Positions 47,715 through 50,503 of a stretch of 50,503 bases of DNA are shown here, piece by piece; within the stretch, counting starts at the first letter, position 1, and the number at the start of each line of letters is the position of its first letter. The position numbers were made by a program, and so were the translations under genes. The notes under the pieces were generated by a model that did not search any database, was not told where the DNA came from, and saw only the letters and a list, made by a program, of their open reading frames with translations. The stretch spans positions 1-50,503 of the forward strand of contig DATHBP010000199.1 in assembly GCA_035296085.1 (NCBI GenBank). The letters are read 5' to 3'. Source of the stretch: Nocardioidaceae bacterium. GTDB taxonomy: Bacteria > Actinomycetota > Actinomycetes > Propionibacteriales > Nocardioidaceae.

Positions 47715-48638
47715 ATGGCGTTGACCTACGTGTTCTCCGAGCTCGGCACCGGGCTGCGGCGCAACTTGTCGATGACGGTTGCGGTGATCGTCACCATCTG
47801 GGTGTCGCTGACCTTGGTTGCCCTGGGGTTGCTGCTGCACGCGCAGGTCACCAAGACCGAGCAGTTCTGGGGCAGCAAACTGCAGATCACGGTGTTCCTG
47901 TGCAACGACGCGACGTCGAGTGCGCCGACCTGCGTCGGCGGCTCGGTCACGCCCGAACAGCGCGAGACCATCGTGAACGCGATCGAGTCCAGCCCCGAGG
48001 TCGCGTCGTACCGCTTTCAGAGCAAAGCCGAGGCTTTCGCCAACTACAAGAAGGTGCAGCTCTCCGACGACCGCGACCAGCAGGCCTACTTCGACACCGT
48101 CCGCCAGCGCGACATGCGGGAGTCGTACTGGATCACGCTGCACGACCCCCAGGAGTACGAGGGGATCGAGCGCGCCCTCGTCTCCATGCCCGGTGTCGAC
48201 CATGTCCAGGACCTGCGCAATGTGCTGGGACCTGTCTACAGCGTGCTCAACGGGCTCAAGTGGGCCGCAATCGGTGCGGCCGCTGTGCTGCTGATCTCGG
48301 CGGTGCTGCAGGTCTCCAACACGATCCGCCTCGCCGTCTTCTCACGGCGCCGAGAGATCGGCATCATGCGCCTGGTCGGCGCGTCCAGCCTGTACATCCA
48401 GCTGCCGTTCGTGCTGGAGGCAATTATTGCCGCGCTTGTCGGCGCGGCGCTCGCCTGCGGCTCCATCGCCCTGTTTACTGCGTTGATCATCAACGGGCTG
48501 CTCCGGGGAAACATCCAGATCACGGAGTGGATCAACTGGTCCGACACGCTGTTCGCGATGGGGGTGATCGTCGTGCTCGGGATCCTGCTCGCCGCGATTC
48601 CGACGTTGGTCATGTCACGTCGATATCTCAAGGTTTGA
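47715..48638 (+). CDS. ftsX: cell division permease-like protein FtsX
   Basis: Track ORF trimmed to ATG 47715 (MALTYVFSELGTGLRRNLSMTVAVIVTI). A large extracytoplasmic loop followed by three C-terminal TM segments. Confidence 0.9.
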   Translation: MALTYVFSELGTGLRRNLSMTVAVIVTIWVSLTLVALGLLLHAQVTKTEQFWGSKLQITVFLCNDATSSAPTCVGGSVTPEQRETIVNAIESSPEVASYRFQSKAEAFANYKKVQLSDDRDQQAYFDTVRQRDMRESYWITLHDPQEYEGIERALVSMPGVDHVQDLRNVLGPVYSVLNGLKWAAIGAAAVLLISAVLQVSNTIRLAVFSRRREIGIMRLVGASSLYIQLPFVLEAIIAALVGAALACGSIALFTALIINGLLRGNIQITEWINWSDTLFAMGVIVVLGILLAAIPTLVMSRRYLKV

Positions 48639-48678
48639 CGTCTTCCTCCGGTACTCTGGTCACAATGAGTAATCACGC

Positions 48679-49935
48679 ATGAGCCGTCGCCTCCTGGTCA
48701 CCGTCGCCGCATCGGCGAGTCTGCTGGTCTCCGCGGTGACGCCGGCGCAGGCCGGCAACGACGACGACCTGACCTCGCGGCGAGAGGCAGTGGTCGAACG
48801 GATCGATCAGGTGAGCGGCCACCTCGACGACGTGAGCCAAGAGCTCGTTGAAGCATCCCGAACTCTGCACACGACGCAGCGCCAGCTGGCCGACGCGCGG
48901 GGGGAGTTGAGCGTTGCGCGTGCGGAAGTGGCCACCGCTCAGCTAGCCGATGAGCAGATGCGCCGGGCCCTGGCGAGGGCGGAGCAGCGGCTCACCGCTG
49001 CGAGGGAGGCCTTGGCGCGGGGCCACAAGCGAGTGGCGCGTCAACGCAGCGCCGTTGCCGAGCTTGCCGTGGCCCAGTTTCAGGGCGAGACCTCGGAGCT
49101 GCTCAACCTGAGCGCCGCGCTGAACGCGGAGTCCCCGCGCGAACTCACCAGCCAGATGGCCGCCATGGGCGACGTTCTCGACCACAGCTCGGCCACCCTC
49201 GACGGTCTGCAGGCGACTCAGGTGCTGTTGGCCGTTCAGGAGCGTCAAGTGCGATCAGCCCAGCAGGTGGTCGCCCAACGGCGCGCGGTCGCGGCCGCCA
49301 ATCTCGGGCGCACGCAGGTGGCGCGCGACCGGGCGCTTCGGGCCGCGGAGGCGGTCGCCGGTCTCGTGGACAAGCAGCGTGCTGCCCGGGCTGCTGCCCA
49401 TGTGGCGGTCATCGCCGAACGTCAGCGGCTCGCGCAGCTGCGCCAGGAGCGTGAACGGGTGACCGATCTCCTGGCTGCCCAGGCGCGCCGCCAGGCGCGC
49501 CTTCGCCAGGTCAGCCTTGGCTCGTTCGACGGAAGGTCCAGCGGCTTCTTGAGCTATCCCGTCGCCGGGTCTGTGACGTCGCCGTACGGCATGCGCATGC
49601 ATCCCATCCTGCACGTCTACAAGCTGCACGATGGCACCGACTTCGGTGCAGCGTGCGGGACGCCCATCCGCGCTGCGGCCCCTGGCAAGGTCATCGAGCG
49701 CTACTACAACTCCGGATACGGCAACCGGCTGATCGTGGCAGACGGATTCGTCCGCGGTGTGAGCCTCGCGACTGCGTACAACCACTTGTCGAGTTTCGCC
49801 GTCGTCCCCGGCCAACATGTGCGGCGCGGGCAGGTCGTCGGCTTCGTCGGCACGACCGGATACTCGACCGGCTGCCACCTGCACTTCATGGTCTACGAGA
49901 ACGGTGTGACCGTTGACCCCATGAAGTGGTTCTAA
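48679..49935 (+). CDS. secreted coiled-coil M23 (LytM-type) peptidoglycan endopeptidase, EnvC/PcsB-like architecture
   Basis: Signal peptide ending AQA/G. About 250 aa of Ala/Gln/Arg-rich coiled coil. The M23 domain retains HDGTDF (HxxxD) and GCHLHF (HxH). Confidence 0.88.
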   Translation: MSRRLLVTVAASASLLVSAVTPAQAGNDDDLTSRREAVVERIDQVSGHLDDVSQELVEASRTLHTTQRQLADARGELSVARAEVATAQLADEQMRRALARAEQRLTAAREALARGHKRVARQRSAVAELAVAQFQGETSELLNLSAALNAESPRELTSQMAAMGDVLDHSSATLDGLQATQVLLAVQERQVRSAQQVVAQRRAVAAANLGRTQVARDRALRAAEAVAGLVDKQRAARAAAHVAVIAERQRLAQLRQERERVTDLLAAQARRQARLRQVSLGSFDGRSSGFLSYPVAGSVTSPYGMRMHPILHVYKLHDGTDFGAACGTPIRAAAPGKVIERYYNSGYGNRLIVADGFVRGVSLATAYNHLSSFAVVPGQHVRRGQVVGFVGTTGYSTGCHLHFMVYENGVTVDPMKWF

Positions 49936-49944
49936 CCTGGAGAG

Positions 49945-50418
49945 ATGGTCAAGCCGCAGGGGCGCAAAGTTGTCGCGCAGAACCGGAAGGCCCGGCATGA
50001 CTATCACATCGATGACACCTATGAGGCGGGACTGGTCCTCACCGGCACCGAGGTGAAGTCGCTGCGCGCCGGGCGGGCGTCGCTGGTCGACGGGTTCGCC
50101 GACCTGACCGACGGGGAGCTGTGGTTGCGCAACGTGCACATTCCCGAGTACACGCCGGCCACGTGGACAAACCACGAGCCGCGGCGCCCCCGCAAGCTGC
50201 TGCTGCACCGTCAGGAGATCGACCGGCTGTCCACGCGGGTGCAGGAGCGCGGGCTGACGCTCGTCCCGCTCGGGCTGTACTTCAAGGACGGTCGGGTCAA
50301 AGTAGAGATCGGGGTCGGGCGCGGCAAGAAGGCCTACGACAAGAGGCAGTCGCTCGCCAAGCGGGACGCCGACCGCGAGGTGGCCCGCGCCGTCGGTCGC
50401 CGGGCGAAGGGCTACTGA
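49945..50418 (+). CDS. smpB: SsrA-binding protein SmpB
   Basis: [32 protein letters not shown]...[11 protein letters not shown]...[27 protein letters not shown]. Confidence 0.95.
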   Translation: MVKPQGRKVVAQNRKARHDYHIDDTYEAGLVLTGTEVKSLRAGRASLVDGFADLTDGELWLRNVHIPEYTPATWTNHEPRRPRKLLLHRQEIDRLSTRVQERGLTLVPLGLYFKDGRVKVEIGVGRGKKAYDKRQSLAKRDADREVARAVGRRAKGY

Positions 50419-50503
50419 AAGCGCGCGGCCGGCTCGCTGAGCGCTAACCTGCTGCCACAGCTGGCGGACGGCCGAGGCCGAGGTGTTGCCAGACCTGTCG
50501 CGA

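Noticed and set aside
48659-48678. MtrA-type GTCACA box upstream of the M23 peptidase gene (ggTCACAatgagtaaTCACgc)
   Set aside because: There is a single good half-site with irregular spacing to the second TCAC. The CACAAT here is more simply a -10 element; similar CACAAT hexamers precede the SAF and ku genes. The evidence is too weak to call a regulator site.
50419-50503. A tmRNA (ssrA) 5' end after smpB, or a partial minus-strand CDS at the right edge
   Set aside because: No GGGGCUGA-type tmRNA 5' end or tRNA-like acceptor sequence is present in the last 85 nt, so ssrA presumably lies beyond the window. A minus-strand frame ending at the TAG at 50446-50444 is open to the edge, but 19 codons are too few to call.

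Overview
High-GC (about 70% by eye), densely coding actinobacterial chromosome segment. I saw no rRNA, tRNA, CRISPR array, transposase or integrase. The ORF track takes the longest ATG/GTG/TTG ORF and omits ORFs under 60 aa, so I trimmed many starts and added two genes it misses: galE, which is open at the left edge, and a 59-aa Trm112-like ORF. Gene order matches the conserved Actinomycetota core block known from Mycobacterium and Streptomyces. In order: galE-like, TIGR03089, ManC-like NDP-sugar synthase, CDP-alcohol phosphatidyltransferase plus a small membrane protein, DUF3105, cofE-cofD (F420), whiB (WhiB2 type), Rv3259-like, DUF3499, manB-trm112-SIS-manA, CDF transporter, ahcY, mtrA-mtrB-lpqB, comF, hpf, YcaQ-like glycosylase, secA, and Rv3235-family plus LysM. 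These are followed by an excisionase-type HTH, SAF(CpaB-like)-TadZ-like-HAD, ku, pruA, kynA, the giant NAD-GDH, a tadA-tadB-tadC-pilin-tadE-tadE-tadG operon, VOC, a Tat-secreted hydrolase-like protein, and prfB-ftsE-ftsX-M23-smpB. Three observations stand out. (1) The exact 9-mer TCCTGTGGA occurs in three separate intergenic regions: upstream of an uncharacterised internally duplicated ORF, as a tandem pair in the HTH/SAF-TadZ divergent region, and as a perfect 13-bp inverted repeat upstream of tadA. This suggests one regulator or promoter type ties together a Tad/Flp-like pilus gene set that is split by about 10.6 kb of housekeeping genes. (2) The 321-nt comF-hpf spacer is closed by a 13-bp long-range helix and sits exactly where raiA-motif RNAs are found. 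(3) FbiB/CofE carries only about half of its usual C-terminal domain. Everything else looks like ordinary core genome.
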